From assembly GCA_951406725.2 (NCBI GenBank), contig OX597814.1, forward strand, positions 164,052,001-164,116,000: a stretch of DNA of 64,000 nt, read 5' to 3'. The notes below the pieces were generated by a model. It did not search any database and had not been told where the DNA came from. It saw only the letters and a program-made list of their open reading frames with translations. Shown in pieces: positions 38,084-52,491 of this stretch; the stretch's first letter is position 1; the number at the start of each line of letters is the position of its first letter. Source of the stretch: Octopus vulgaris (Eukaryota). A program made the position numbers and the translations under genes.

Positions 38084-38247
38084 CTGGAAAAAAAAAACCC
38101 ATTAAAATATGTATAAAGGAAAAAAATCTCAGGAGTAATGAAAAAAAAATTATGACCAGATATAATCTGGTGTTAGTAGAAGAAGAGATTAGTAAATTGT
38201 AATATAATGAAATAAAGTAAATGGCATTGCTCCTATCTTTTTTTTTT

Positions 38248-38461
38248 TCTCTTTTTTACTTGTTTCAGTCATTTGACTGCGGCCATGCTGGAGCACCACC
38301 TTTTAGTCAAGCAAATCGACCCCAGGTTTTATTCTTTGTAAGCCTTAGTACTTATTCTATCAGTCTCTTTTGCCGAACCGCTAAGCAACGGGAACATAAA
38401 CATACCAGCATCAGTTGTCAAGCGATGTTGGGGGGACAAACACACACACACATATATATAC

Positions 38462-38493
<32 letters not shown>

Positions 38494-38648
38494 GAAAGGC
38501 TTCTTTCAGTTTCCGTCTACCAAATCCACTCACAAGGATTTGGTTGGCCCGAGGCTATAGTAGAAGACACTTTCCCAAGGTGCCACGCAGTGGGACTGAA
38601 CCCGGAACCGTGTGGTTGGTAAGCAGGCTACTTACCACACAGTCACAT
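38248..38648 (-). mobile_element. tRNA-derived CORE-like SINE
   Basis: Reverse complement of the 30117-30552 family. Confidence 0.85.
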
Positions 38649-40471
38649 AGCCAATTGTCTACAATTTGTATTGAGTGAAGTCAACATTTACAGATATTCT
38701 ATAGTCCATATAAGAAATAAACTATTATATCTATATATGTAAGAAATGTGACACTGTATTTAAAAATTATGAGTAGTTGAATGTCTACTGAATGTATACT
38801 ATAAATTTCATTGTTTTATTTATAAATGAGGAGCCTTGGTGGTAGGATCAAACTACAGTAGCTACTCTGATGATCAAAGCCCGTTGAAGAATATTTGGAA
38901 TGAGATTTGACACAATTGACAACACAAAGAATGTAATACTGTGCAAACTGGAAAGAATCAATTTTGCAGACAGTTAGAAATGTCAAAAAGAGTCAAAAGG
39001 ATCAGTAATTGTCAAGCAAGAAATTCAACAACAAAATTATGCATCCTCAGGCCAAACTGTAAAACCATTTAGCTAAAATTTAAAATAAGTACTCTTTTCA
39101 TTTTCATTTGAGTGACTGAAGACATAAAGGGCATCCAGCTATAAAGTAACTGGTTTAGAAATGTATGCTACATGTGCCAAATTACAAAAGCATTCAACAC
39201 ATGGTAACTGGATGCTTAAAAAAATTAGATGAAAGCTATTTCACACTCAAATGCCAGAATGGGAATAAACTTGTAAATAATATATTCTAGTTAATTTTAT
39301 GAAACAGTTATTTTTGTATGCATTAAGCAAATATATATATGCACACACATACATCTATATATACACACACACACACGTGTGTATACACACATGCATGCCT
39401 ACACATGATAAAATAATAAATACAGGGTGTTAATAAAATAGACAAAAAAGGAACATAATCCAAAATTAGGGCAACAATTAATTAAATTGCGTCTTAAACA
39501 ACAAAACCTAACAAACATATATGAAATAGATTTGTAAAAGCCACTAAAAAATGAAAAAGAAAATATTTATGAGGCACTTCCTAACAGATATGCTAACTTA
39601 AAATATAAATAAAGAGACTAAACGTAGAAGTAGAAGAGTAAAAATTTAATTGCCTAAGCTTGACTGCTTTCAGTTAACATTTTACTAAATAGTATTAATA
39701 ATAATAAAGTCCTCTCTATACTCAATTCAGGCATTTTATTTGCTAACGAATAGTCTTCAACAGCGATAAGAATTCAGCATTTTCCACAACATTAAGTCTA
39801 ATATTTCAAATATATTTTACAATATATATCAAGTCTTAATTGCTACCAATTTTTGGAAAATTTCTCTCTCATCTATTTCCCCATTTCTCCCTCCTTCTCT
39901 TTCTACATTTTAAAGTAACCTTATTCTTTCAGACAAAAAATCTATTAGTCCATTAACTTTCAGAACATTGCAAATGTTATACCAGATAGTTGGGTAACCT
40001 TTTAAAATATTTTATCGGTTTCACATACATTTTAAACTCAACAATATCAACACTGCTGCCACCACCATTACCACAACTATAGCAGCATCAGCAACAATTT
40101 AATATCCCCAACATCATGTTGACATAGTTTGAAGAACACTGTAATATGACATCTTCCAAAGTTTTTTGACCCCTGAATGTTTTCCTCTGAAAGCTACTTA
40201 CTAATAATCAACTCCAATGGATTTTTTTTTTACCTAACTCTAAAATCCCGCATCTTCCACTATTATTGCAATGTACTTCATCATTTAACATACAGAATCC
40301 ATTCAGATTTTAAATATATGCTAGTAAATACATCTCTAACAATAAATTCATCTTTTGTTGTTTGTTATTTTTGTTTTTTTTTAATTTTTTTGATACTGGT
40401 TTATATTTTCAATAACTACCCAATTGCTTCTTAAACTCATCATCATCATCATTTAACATTTGTTTTCCATG

Positions 40472-40660
40472 CAGTGGCGGCGTTAATTAAGATGTTATGT
40501 GTTAATTTAATGTATTAAACTTATCTTTATTAATGTATATCGAATTATACATAGTTATATACAAGATTTACACAGATATAAGAGTTAGAACTTGTGGTCC
40601 ACCTGCAGACTTCTTTCATTGGAAATTCTTGCCCGCAACACTAAAGTTTCTCCACCCCTG
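40472..40660. mobile_element. Possible hAT-type MITE remnant
   Basis: Ends CAGTGGCGG... and ...TCCACCCCTG (CAGGGGTGGA on minus), interrupting an RTE tail; no 8 bp TSD visible. Confidence 0.3.
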
Positions 40661-41135
40661 GTTTAGATGAAGAGTTAAGTGTAATAATTCATTGCAGTCA
40701 TGTATTATGATTATCATCATAATCAAAACCATTAGGAGTTTAACACTGATTGTTCTACACCAGGTTTGAATGGTTTATTAATTTTTTTAAGCAATTTTTC
40801 CTTTTTAGCATAAACACAACAGCTTTATTCAGAAATTTGGACATTTATTTATTCAGAAAGTGGTACCTTATTATCATACAAATAAACCAATAGCGTAAAA
40901 TGCTTTTCTTTTTTTATTATTATTATTATTATTATAATCTGGCACTGGAGGAAGGGACAGTGTCTACAGCCTTTGTAGGCCATCTGAGATTGGAGAGACT
41001 GATACTGTTAGCATTCTGTTCAAAGTGTTGCAAATCAATGACTGAGGAAAGACACATGCAGGGAAAGATTTCCAGAGATTTAACATTCAGAGAGAGAGGA
41101 AAAAAAACCAAGTGGTTAGTGTGGCACCCAAACAG

Positions 41136-41462
41136 TTGGTCATAGCATAGATGATAAAAAGAGGAGAAATGAGTGAGACGAGATGCCTGTTGGAAGGTGG
41201 CATGAGACCAGATAGGTCCGAGAAGTAGAGACTGCTGTAGGAGCAGTAGAGAAGGCAGAGAGGGATTGAGATTGGCACAAAGGCAGGATATAATGACAAT
41301 TGGTCATAGCATAGATGATAAAAAGAGGAGAAATGAGTGAGATGAGATGCCTGAATGAAAGTGGTATGAGACCAGATAGCTCCAAGAAGTAGAGACTGTT
41401 GTAGGAGTAGTAGAGAAAGCAGAGAGGGATTGAGATTAGCATAAAGGCAGGATATAATGACA
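41136..41462. repeat. Tandem duplication, 2 x 164 bp
   Basis: Units start TTGGTCATAGCATAGATG at 41136 and 41300; about 13 substitutions and no indels. Confidence 0.95.
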
Positions 41463-41589
41463 GCAAAAATTGGAACTCAAAACATTTACAGAGGATCAAG
41501 CAGCACAGTCGAAGGAAAAGGTGTAGGGTCCATAGGACTCCTTTAGATTTCAATGCTGAAAAATTAAAGAAGATTACCCATCTGCTGGA

Positions 41590-42392
41590 TGGATAATGTC
41601 AGTGTGCTTATTCAACAGAGTGTAAATGATTTAAGAGAAAAACTGGATATAAGAAGCATTAGATGTAGTGAGCTAGAGAGGAGATTGCACTGGTATGATC
41701 ATGTGATGCCTATGGATGAGGACTGCTGCATAAAGATATGCTGATCTTTAATTGTAGGGAACCTGTGGAAAAAGTAGACTGAGGAAGGTATGGAACGAAG
41801 TAGTAAGAAAGGATCTTCAAATATTGGGCCTCACACAGGACCAAGACTCCTGGCATTTGCTGCACTTGAGAAGACACATGAAGCTAAGTAAAACTGTGGT
41901 TATCCATACATACAGGGATGTCCTCTAAACCTCTCTCTCTCTCAGCAGAGAGGTCCTTCCCTTGAGGGTTCACAAGTACTGGTGTCACATAAAAACTGCC
42001 CATGCTGGTGCTACATAAAAGCACTCATGCCAATGCCACATAAGACCACTCATGCTAGTGCCATATAAAAGCACCCATGTTGCTGCCACAGAAAAACACC
42101 TGTACTGGTGCCACATAAAAGCACTTGTGCTGTTGCCACATAAAATTGCTTGTGTCAGTGTGACATAAAAGCACTCATGCCAGTCTTGGTGCCAGATAAA
42201 AGCACCCATGCTGGTGTCACATAAAAAACACTTAGTACATGCTATGAAGTGGTTGATGTTAGGAAGGGCATCTAACCATAAAAACCATGCCAAAATAGAC
42301 ATTTAGAACCTGAGCAGCTCCCTAGCTGGCCTGTTCCTGTCAAACTATCCTACCCATGCCAGCATAGAAAGCAGACATTAAATGATAATGAT
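41590..42392 (+). mobile_element. RTE LINE 3' fragment with an expanded 3' UTR minisatellite
   Basis: LREKLDIRSIRC...RRLHWYDHV remnant, about 10 x 25 bp repeats, AGGAAGGGCATC box, GAT tail. Confidence 0.8.
41978..42237 (+). repeat. Degenerate ~25 bp minisatellite (GCTGGTGCCACATAAAAGCACCCAT) x ~10 in RTE 3' UTR
   Basis: Read directly. Confidence 0.9.
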
Positions 42393-45300
42393 TAATACAT
42401 TAATATAAATAATGTTTCATAGGTGGAATGTATGTGTTGCAGTTGATGAAAAGTAAAGACAGAAAACGGGTTGGACATAATATTACTGACTTTAAATAAG
42501 TGATAGGTGTTTCACAGATGGTAAGGCAGTTTGTCATCAACACCTGTCTTTGTCTTTTGTTTTCAGTAAATTTGAACTATGTATTGAATATACTTGATAA
42601 ATTTAACTTGTTCTTTCACTCAGGTAATGTAAGTGAAAAAGAAATCCATGGAAGACCAGAAGATTGTGGGTGAGTAGAGCAAGAACAAGATGGTAAAAAC
42701 ATTATTGAGATGGAGACAGGAGTGGCGAGATGACAACAGTAAAGGTGGTCAAAAGCAAGAGTTCATGATGGGTGACAACAGAAGTGGCTCAGAGGAGGTG
42801 AGGAGATAGAGAGGAGAGATGACCATAGTGTAGGAGGAGGTGGCAAAGTGGTGAGGATGATGGTAGAGTAGGACCATTTGTCACTTGCTAGGATCACATA
42901 GTGAAGAGATTAGACATGATGCCATATGAATGATATGGAGATGACTGAAATGAACAGAATAATGAGTGAAGGAGGAAAGTTAGGTAGCAGTAGATAAGAA
43001 AGGATCAGAGATACCAGTAAATATAAGCTTGGTAGAATACATTTACATTTATAAACAGCTTCTATCACTACTCTCTCACTACCCTTACTTATTTCAATGT
43101 ATTTCAATTCCTGCAGGTCATCAGGGCTTCTGCAGCACTGATTATCCAATAGTTTAAATTCAAGCGATGTTCTGTTAGCCACTGTATTCATATACAGCAT
43201 CACACTTTGCTATTAGAATAATATATTTCTGAGGAACTATCATACGTTACATAAAGATCTATATGTTCCAGGTGCTGAAACATTCTTTTCTACAGCTGAC
43301 CAATGCCTAGTGAGTAAATTTGGTTGAAAGAAACTGCATGGAAGCCAGTCGTGTGTGTGTGTTCCCTCCCCACACTACTTGACAAGTGGTTTGTTTATGT
43401 CCCTGTGGCTAAATAGTTTGGCAAAAGACACCAGTAAAGTAAGAGACTTTAAAAAATAAGTGCTGGGGTCAATTTATTTGACTAAACCCTTCAAGGCATC
43501 ACTGCACTTTAATGACTGAAATAAGTAAAAGATAAAACATTATTGACCAACTGCAAGGGTGTGCTTTCCAAGCACAATGCTTTGTGAAGTCACTGTCATC
43601 TATATTCAAAAACCTGTCATCACCTCTGCTTTATCCATGTCAACATCTTCCAAAAGCCTGACATAAAATTGTGTTGGTGGCAACTGAAAACATGGCTGCT
43701 TGTCTTCAAAGCAAACAACACATTGATAGATAGTCAAAATATCTATTATTGATCATCAATGAAGGTATGTACAGTTTTGATCAGATCAGTAACAACTGAT
43801 AGTGGATGGAAGTTATTCTGGGAACATGACTCAAACCTTCAAGAAGGATATTGATGTAATACCGTATACAATTTCATCTAATTTCTTTACCCAATAATAT
43901 TTTATAATTACAATAGCTATTACTGCTATTTTACACTTGTTTACTTTGTTTAACTTGCAGTTTAAATCGCATGAATCACTTTTCATTAATTACAAATCTC
44001 ATACTGAACACTTAACTTAATCCATCACTTCTTGTAACTGCATCTCTCTATAATAAAATTCTTATGATTTAATAATTTACACTCATTAATAGAGTAACCT
44101 CATATCCAGCCAGTATAATAGAGCCTATAGAACCACAATCTTTCTTATTTGGAACATCAAGCAAGAATAAAAAGAACATGGGAAAAGTACTTAAGAAGTA
44201 TGCAAATTTGAAAACAGTAAGTTATAGCACAAAATTTTCTCAAGAGTGCCAAGTAAATCCAACTATTTATTTGATCATATTTTACTGACATACTGATTGA
44301 CAAATAAGAAATTGTGCACAACAGAAGGGCTGAATAAATATAAATAAAAACTTTTATCTTTTACTTGTTTCAGTCAAAAAACACTGCCTTGAATGGTTTA
44401 GTCAAAGAACCCAACTCCAATGCATGTTTTTAAAGTTTGGTATATACTCTATCAGTCTCATTGCTAAAGTGCCAAGTTACAATGATGTGAACAAACCAGC
44501 ACCAGATGTGTAGGGGAGACACGCACACATGCACATACCCATGCGCACACACACACAGACACACACAACAGGCTTCTACACAGTTTTTGCCAACCGAATT
44601 GGCATTAGTTGGCCTGAGGCTATAGCAGAAGACATTTGCCAAAGGTGCTGTGCAGTGGGATGAGCCAAAACCATGCCATTGCAAATCAAGCTTCTCAAAT
44701 ATACACCTAAGCTTGCACCTATATCACATGGCCATGCCTACACCTAAGGCTATGCTTATGCCTATGCAAAGATAACAGAGATCACAAGGAGAAAACTGAA
44801 TACAAACTGAAAATAAATTACAGTTGGATATACACTAGATGGGAATAAGAAGCATAATAATGAATGGTAAGAAATGGTGAGAAAAATAATTGCTCATGGC
44901 TGTGTGGTAAGAACAAGTGCATATGTGTCTGTGTGGTAAGAAGCTTCTTTCCCAATTGCATGGCTCCAGGTTCAGTCCCACTGCATGGCACCTTGGCCAA
45001 GTGTCTTCTACCATATACAACCAAAGCCTTGTGAGTGGATTTGGTAGAAGGAAATTGCAAGAAACCCATTGTGTGTGTGTGTATGTGTGTGTGTATATAT
45101 ATATATAGGCGTGTGTGTCTTTGTGTCTGTGTTTGTCCCTCATCACTGCTTAACAACCAGTGTTGGTTTGTTTACATCTTAACTTAGCAGTTCAGCATGA
45201 GTCCAATAAGTAATGGGCTTTACAAAAAAAGTATTGGGGTCAATTCATTCCACTAAAAATTCTTCAAGGCAATGCTCCAGCATGGCCACAGTCTAATGAC

Positions 45301-45580
45301 TGAAACAAGTAGGAAAAAAGATAAAAGATAGTAAAATTAATGATAAGGCTGTCGTGAGTTAAGGTGAGTAAAGCTATGAGATTACTGTAGTACTCTTTTC
45401 TACAGGAGCAGGCATGGCTGTGTGATTAAGAAACTCACTTTGTAACCATATAGTTTCAGGTTCAAACCCACAGTGCAGCACCTTGGGCAAATGTCTTTTA
45501 CTATAACCCCAAGCCAATTAATGCTATGTGAAGGAATTTAGTAGATGGAAACTGTGTGGAAGCCCATCATTTGTGTTGCA

Positions 45581-45619
<39 letters not shown>

Positions 45620-46045
45620 GTGTGTGTGCCTTTGTGTTTGTTAGGTCTCCCCCACTACTTAATGTTGTTTTGTTTACAACCCTGTAACTTAGATAAAATA
45701 AGTTTCAGACTTTAGAAAATAAGTATTGGGGTCAGTTAGTTTTTTGGGGTCAGTTAGTTACTAAACTTTTAAGGCAATGGTCAAGCATGGCAATAGTCCA
45801 ATAACTGAAACAAATAAATGATAAAAGATAACATAATATAGATTATATAGTTAAGTGATTCTCCAGGAATAAAAACAATAAGTAAAGTAACAGAATAATT
45901 TAGAGGTAACAAGAGTAAGACAGCTGAATAGTTTATTATTTTAAAGTAGTGAATGACTAAAATTTGATTTTAAAAAAGTCAAAATATGATATGATTTAAA
46001 TGAAACTTCTAAGCAAAAGAATGAATAAAGAAACTCTATACTCAC

Positions 46046-46160
46046 ATATAATATAATGTCTGGTGATTCTTTGCCAACATACATGAAAAATACTTCATTA
46101 TGATGATAGTGCTCAATCTCTGTAAACTTACCCTCACTGGTTATAGTGTTAATGGGATCC
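46046..46160 (-). CDS. TMX3: TMX3-like PDI, internal exon B: DPINTITSEGKFTEIEHYHHNEVFFMYVGKESPDIILY
   Basis: tctttctgtttag|exon|gtgagt; 115 nt, phase 2 to 0. VFFMYVGKESP matches TMX3 VFFVYVGGESP (recalled). Confidence 0.9.
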
Positions 46161-47978
46161 CTAAACAGAAAGACACACACATATATATATATACATAATA
46201 TATACATACATACAAACATATATATATAAAAGTTTTGAGAGAACTGGGATTTTTTTGTCTCTTAAACAGATACTAAACAATTATTGAAAATTATAACTAG
46301 GGTCAGGTTAATACATAAGCTTAAAAAGGGATAAAGACCCCCTTCAGTCATGAATGACCATGGGATTGCACCTAGAAAGTTCTCATCTGAGGTACAAGTT
46401 TGGGCGAGGTTGTTTATGGAAGATCAGCAGTCACTCATGCATACCAGCCTCAATGTTATCCCAAGGGATACAGCTTGGCACCAGTAAAGTTGCAACTCAT
46501 TTCTACAGCTGAGTGAACTAGAGTAATGTGAAAAAAGTGTCTTGCATAAAAACACAACACACAGCCCAGTCCAGGAATTGAACTCACGAAGTCATGATTG
46601 AGAGTCCAACACCCTAACCACTGAGCCATGTGCCTTCATTACATAAGCTTAAGAGGCTTAAATCCTAGGAAATCAAGTAGTCTATGCAATGCCCATTACT
46701 TCATTTAATAATACTAAAAGCACTCATATTCATGAAAGCAGAGAAGAGCAAGTCAGCTGGTAATACTTAGAGCTCTCCAAAATATATTAGCAGCAAGATT
46801 AGAATTTATTTTTACAAATTAACAAAATACTTGTAAAGAACACAGTACCATCTACAGTCTACATCAATGATCTGCACCATAACAGATGTCATTTCTAGAT
46901 AATTCATATTTAAGTGTCTTAGTTGAATGTCATAAGGCAATTAGTCAACATGTTTATACACAATTTATACACACAGACTCATTAATATGTTGGTAGGGCA
47001 TAAAAAAAGGATTGAAGAAAATTTTAATGAGCAATAATTTTAATATCAGAGCCAAGCAACAGAGAACAAAAATGCATTCCAGAGTTTCACTTCACAGCAA
47101 TATTATATGCATTAAACACACATACATCTATGAAATTTCATACATTATCGTCATCATCACCATTTAACATCCATTTTCCGTGCTGATATGGGTTGGACAG
47201 TTTGCCTAAAAACTGGTAAGCCGGGAGCTGCACCAAGTTCCAACCTGAATTGGCAAGGTTCCTATGGCTGGATGCCCTTCCTAACGCCAACCATTCTGAG
47301 AGTGTAGTAGGTGTTTTTTTTTTGTGCCACTGATACAGGTGCCATTGACCTGACACTGGTATCAGCCACAACTATGGTCTAACCTGGCTTGACAGGTCTA
47401 CACAAGCATGGTATATCATCAAAGGTCTTGGTCACCTGTCACTGCCTCCATGAGGCCCAAAGCTTGAACGATGCTTTTTACATCATCATTTAACATCCAT
47501 CTTCCATGCTAGCATGGGCTGGACAGTTTGAAAGGAACCAGTCAGGAAGAAGACTACACCAGGCTTCTGTGTCTGTTTTGGCATGGTCTTTACAGCTGGA
47601 TGCCCTTTCTAACACTGCACACACCATAGAGTGAACTTAGTGCTTTTTATGTGACACCATCATCATCATCATCATCATCATTATTTAATGCTGGCATAGG
47701 TTGAATGACTTGACATGAGCTGGCAAACCAAAGGTGCACCAAGCTCTACTGGCTACTTTGGCATGGTTTCTACAGCTGGATGCCCTTCCTAATGCCAACT
47801 CTTTTAAGGAGTATAGTGGATGCTTTTTATGTGGCACTAGAACTGGCAGGGTCACCAACTAATTTGCAAAACAAAGGCCCCTCAACTAGGAGGGGGAGTA
47901 GTATTGAGAGAAATGGTTTTGTACCAAGTGCCTTGCAGTAGAGGAGATACATAACTCCCTTGATTGGAAAAAGAGAAG

Positions 47979-48024
<46 letters not shown>

Positions 48025-48477
48025 GGTAAAGAAGATGTGCACAGGTGCACCCTCAATTTACAAGGAGGAGTATACACAAGTGAAGTGGTATAGAGGGTTG
48101 GATAGAATGAGTGAGCAGGTAAGTTCAAAAGAAAAGTGAAAGATGGTGGGGAGGGGAATGTAGTCAGTGAACATGGAGGGAGGGAGAGAGAGTTCTGTCA
48201 AGGACAAATTGTGTTGGGCAGAGAGATCCATTAAGGAAAAATTTTGCACAGGAAAATTTGCAAGAGTATGAATACTGGAAGAGTCCCACATATGTGTGTG
48301 CATATAGAATATGAGGGATTTAGTTCACTGGTGATCTAAACGAATAGGTATGCTAAGTGTTATAGCTGGTCATCTGTTAAGTTCCTTACCCTAATTAAAT
48401 ATTCTGAATGACTTGAGATATATGACCTGCCTTGGTTTTTGTTGTCCGTTTTCCTCTAATATAATATATGATTTATA

Positions 48478-48549
<72 letters not shown>

Positions 48550-50995
48550 AGTATGGAAAATAGACACTAAATGGTGGTGGTGATGATATATATCGTGGCC
48601 TAGTGGTTAGGGTGTTGCTTCCACAATCATGAAATTGTTTAACCATTTAGCATTCACAGTATTCTGTCAAATGCAATACTTATTTATTCACATTGTTTTG
48701 CATTAGTCATGCATTATCTCATAACTTTTATATTTTGATGAGGTAACTGCTAATTCTTAGAATATCATAAGATTGGTGTTAGAGGCCATATCTGGTCAGT
48801 TTGAACATAGTGCAGGTAGAGTATAGTGGCTGGTAGAGTATTTTGGTGGAACATGTGAAGTGCCCATGAACCTGCACTTTCTCCAGACATGGCTGTGTGG
48901 TTAAAAAGTTCACTTTTCAACCATATGGTTTCAAGTTCAGTCCCACAATGCAGTACATAGGACAAATGTCTTCTGTTATAGCTCCAGGCCAATGAAAGCC
49001 TTGTGAATAGATTCAATAGATGAGTACGTGAAAAAAGTGTGTGTGTATGCATGTGTGTGAATGTATGTGCATGCATGTGTGTGAGTGTATGTGCATGCAT
49101 GAGTGGAAAAGAGAGAGAGCTCAAAGAAATTATCTAATAAAAAATCATGCAGAACAAATTTTCCCACATTTCAAAAGAAACATTATCGTTCTAAATTATT
49201 TCCCAATTTCCAGTTAGTCAGTACTATATGCAACATTATATTTCTATTACTCTATCAATATTGATGCATATCCCCTTACACCAGCACAAACAATGCACCG
49301 AAAACTGCACTGCCCTCCTTAGAAAGATGCCTGTGGGAGTAGAACAATATGTAACATCTATAATTCAAAGAGACCTGTTACCAATTAACATTAAAGCAAT
49401 CTCTTGACTTTCAACCAACTGTATCAGATACTTTGATTTTACCAGCAAGAAAGATGGTTTACATCCACAATGTTTACTTTTGGACGTTTGAAAGTCAGAA
49501 TGTTGCTTTAAGGTCATTGGTAACACATCTATCTAGGTTACAGATGCATGGTTCCAATCTTGCAGACAGCTTTCCACTTGTTTTCTGAACAAGGAGTTTT
49601 TAAATTTATCTATTATAAGCTATTATTTATAGCTGAGTTTGCTTTGAGATAAATTGATAATAAAAACTTATTTACAAAAATTTCATTTTTTATCATTCAG
49701 TAAATTTTCAGAACATACAACACATACACACATATAAATACACACACTTATACATTTATACACATATATACATATACACACATATACACCATCACTGTCA
49801 TTATTTAACAACCAAGTCCATGCTGGCATGGGCTGGGTGGTTTGACAGGATCCTATGGGTCCAAGGACAGCATCATGCTCCAGTGTCTGCTTTGGCATGG
49901 TTTCTATGATTGGATGTCCTTCCTAATGCTTGTCACACTACAGCATGTACTGGGTACTTATTTCATGTCATCAGCACAAGTGAGGTTATCATGGAGCTTG
50001 TAAGATTACAAACCCTGAGGAAGAAGCTTTATACTAGGAGATGTAAATGGAAAAGTCTAAGAGAAGCAGCCAAAACAGAAAAGGTTTCTTGCAGTAAAGG
50101 CGTTACTTGTCTCCTCACATTTTAGAAGAAAGGACGGGAATAATTGGATGGAGCTAGAAAGAGATAAAAATGGTGGTGATGAGGTGTCTGGGTAGAAGTG
50201 AATAGGACAGAGGGACCAAGAGTGTGGGTAAGTGGTGGTTGCAAGAGAGTATGAGGGAGTGAGAGATGGGGAATCACTGAGGGAAGAGAAGGTAGGCAAC
50301 AACTGTAAAGATTGGGTCAGGTTGAAGGGGAGATGTAGTGAATGGTGGATGACTAATGATACAGGTGTTTGCAGAAAGTAGGGTAGGAGTCAGCAGGAGA
50401 TAACAGTGCAAAGCAGCAGAATTGTAATGATGATAAAGGGGACAGAAGAAGGACAAGAGAGAGATGACATGTAGTTGGGTAAGTTACAGGAACATGTGGT
50501 GGTATGGAAGGAGACAGGCATAGTGCACAAGAAGAGTGAGAGACATGGTGAGGGAGAAAGAGAGTTGTGAGATAATTTGGTGGCTCAGTGGGAGCAGTGA
50601 TCAATAAAAGTGTGGGTAAAAAGAATAGTATTAATGGAAGAAGGATAGCTAACAAGTCAAATGATTCTGGGTAGTAAGAATAGTAAGTGGTGTCAAGGAA
50701 GAGTTGCAGATAGAGAGATGTTCATATATATATGAACCGGTGATTGTTGTGCGCTGACAACGGGTAAATACCCAGAAACCCAGGTCCGTGCATATCACGT
50801 CAGGTCGACGATGGGAAGGATGGCTTCCCTTTGCAAATGCCAATAGGGCACAGAAAGTGTGTCAATAGCCAGCTGGAAAAGATGTTCTCCTGGGGCTACA
50901 AGCTACAGTAGCATCCACCCTTAGTGGTTAGCCATATTTAAATGGCAAATATACTTCACATATATATATATATATATATATACATACATATATAT

Positions 50996-51296
50996 CACGT
51001 GATCACGTGACCGACCAGACCATCAGATGTTGTTACACATCGCTGGTCACAATGCATTCGTATTGTTTTAGCCTTCGAATGACGCCACCCCGCTGGCTAA
51101 GCGAGCAGGCCAACAGAAGAAAGAGTGAGAGAAAGAGTGGTGAAAGAGTACAGCAGGGATCACCACCCCCTGCCGGAGCCTCGTGGAGCTTTAAGGTGTT
51201 TTCGCTCAATACACACACACAACGCCCGGTCTGGGAATCGAAACCGCGATCCTACGACTGCGAGTTCGCTGCCCTAACCACTAGGCCATTGCGCCT

Positions 51297-51299
<3 letters not shown>
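50996..51299 (-). mobile_element. Young tRNA-derived SINE, same family as 27061-27371
   Basis: Collinear and highly similar, CpG-rich, inserted in (TA)n. Confidence 0.9.
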
Positions 51300-51340
<41 letters not shown>

Positions 51341-52294
51341 CCACACCAATACACACAGCACTTCTAGAACTCAGTTTCCCAAAGATGGGTTGCTCCTATC
51401 AATAACGACATATTGCCAATCACCCTAGTACTTTATCATCTCTTCCTAGAGGTTCAAAGTTCTGAAATGAGCCCTCACTACTTTGTTCTATATCTTCCTA
51501 AGTCTCTTTCTTCAACAAGCTCTATCCACATTATGCGACTAGTATTTTTTATACAACAGTTTGCTTCCATATGCATCACATATGCGTGTGTATATGCACA
51601 TATACATACAAGTAATATATTTGTGACACGAAAGACATTCAGCTACAGAAAATCTTCATCATCATAAATTTTCCATCTGACCTATACAAACAAGGAAAGG
51701 TGAACACACACACAAATATTCATAATCATACATATAAGAGTACACTTGAATATGGATAAAGGTATATTGATTTACATAAGGAGAGCAATAAAAGTAAATG
51801 ATATTCAGAAATATATCTGAATAGCTATGGGTGAGAGAGACAGAGAGAGAGAGAGAGAGAGAATTTTTTTGTGTGCGTGTGTGTTTCACTGTATTTATAC
51901 AGCTGTTCTATGGCTGGTGAGACTACATATTACATTTGTGTGTATATAGTTGTGTGCATGTATGCGTAGGGCACTGGTGCACATTAGAATGAAGCACATG
52001 TGTGTGTGTGTGTACGTACTTGCATGCATGTGTGCATGTGTAATCCTTTACTAATCTCCACTTTTTTACGTTTGTATGGGTCAAATGGAATTCATCGAGA
52101 CAGAATTTCTACAAATGGGTACCCTTCCTGTCACCAACCCTCATCTGTTTTCAAGTCATCCAATATTTCTCCCTGGCCAGACAAGTTTTCATGGAAGATT
52201 GGAAGCATAGGATCCACTTGTATAACAGTGACATTCATTTACAAATATCATGGAATGTCAAGAGAAGGAGTCACAAAAATTTATGCACAAATAT

Positions 52295-52348
<54 letters not shown>

Positions 52349-52491
52349 TCATCATCATCATCATCATTTAGCGTCCGTTCTCCATGCTAGCATGGGTTGG
52401 ACGGTTCAACTGGGGTCTGTGAAGCTGGAAGGCTTCATCAGGCCCAGTCAGATCTGGCAGTGTTTCTACGGCTGGATGCCCTTCCTAACGC

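Noticed and set aside
41978-42237. CRISPR-like appearance of repeat-spacer arrays
   Set aside because: Eukaryotic context, degenerate repeats, linkers related to one another, always inside RTE 3' UTRs, no cas genes.
49250-49300. Minus-strand GVRGY, as in the thioredoxin GVRGYPT motif
   Set aside because: Stop five to six codons later, no splice sites, and wrong order relative to exon A.
51225-51299. tRNA-like sequences with A and B boxes (also about 27300, 30120, 32960)
   Set aside because: They are SINE heads continuing into shared bodies and tails, without a complete cloverleaf.
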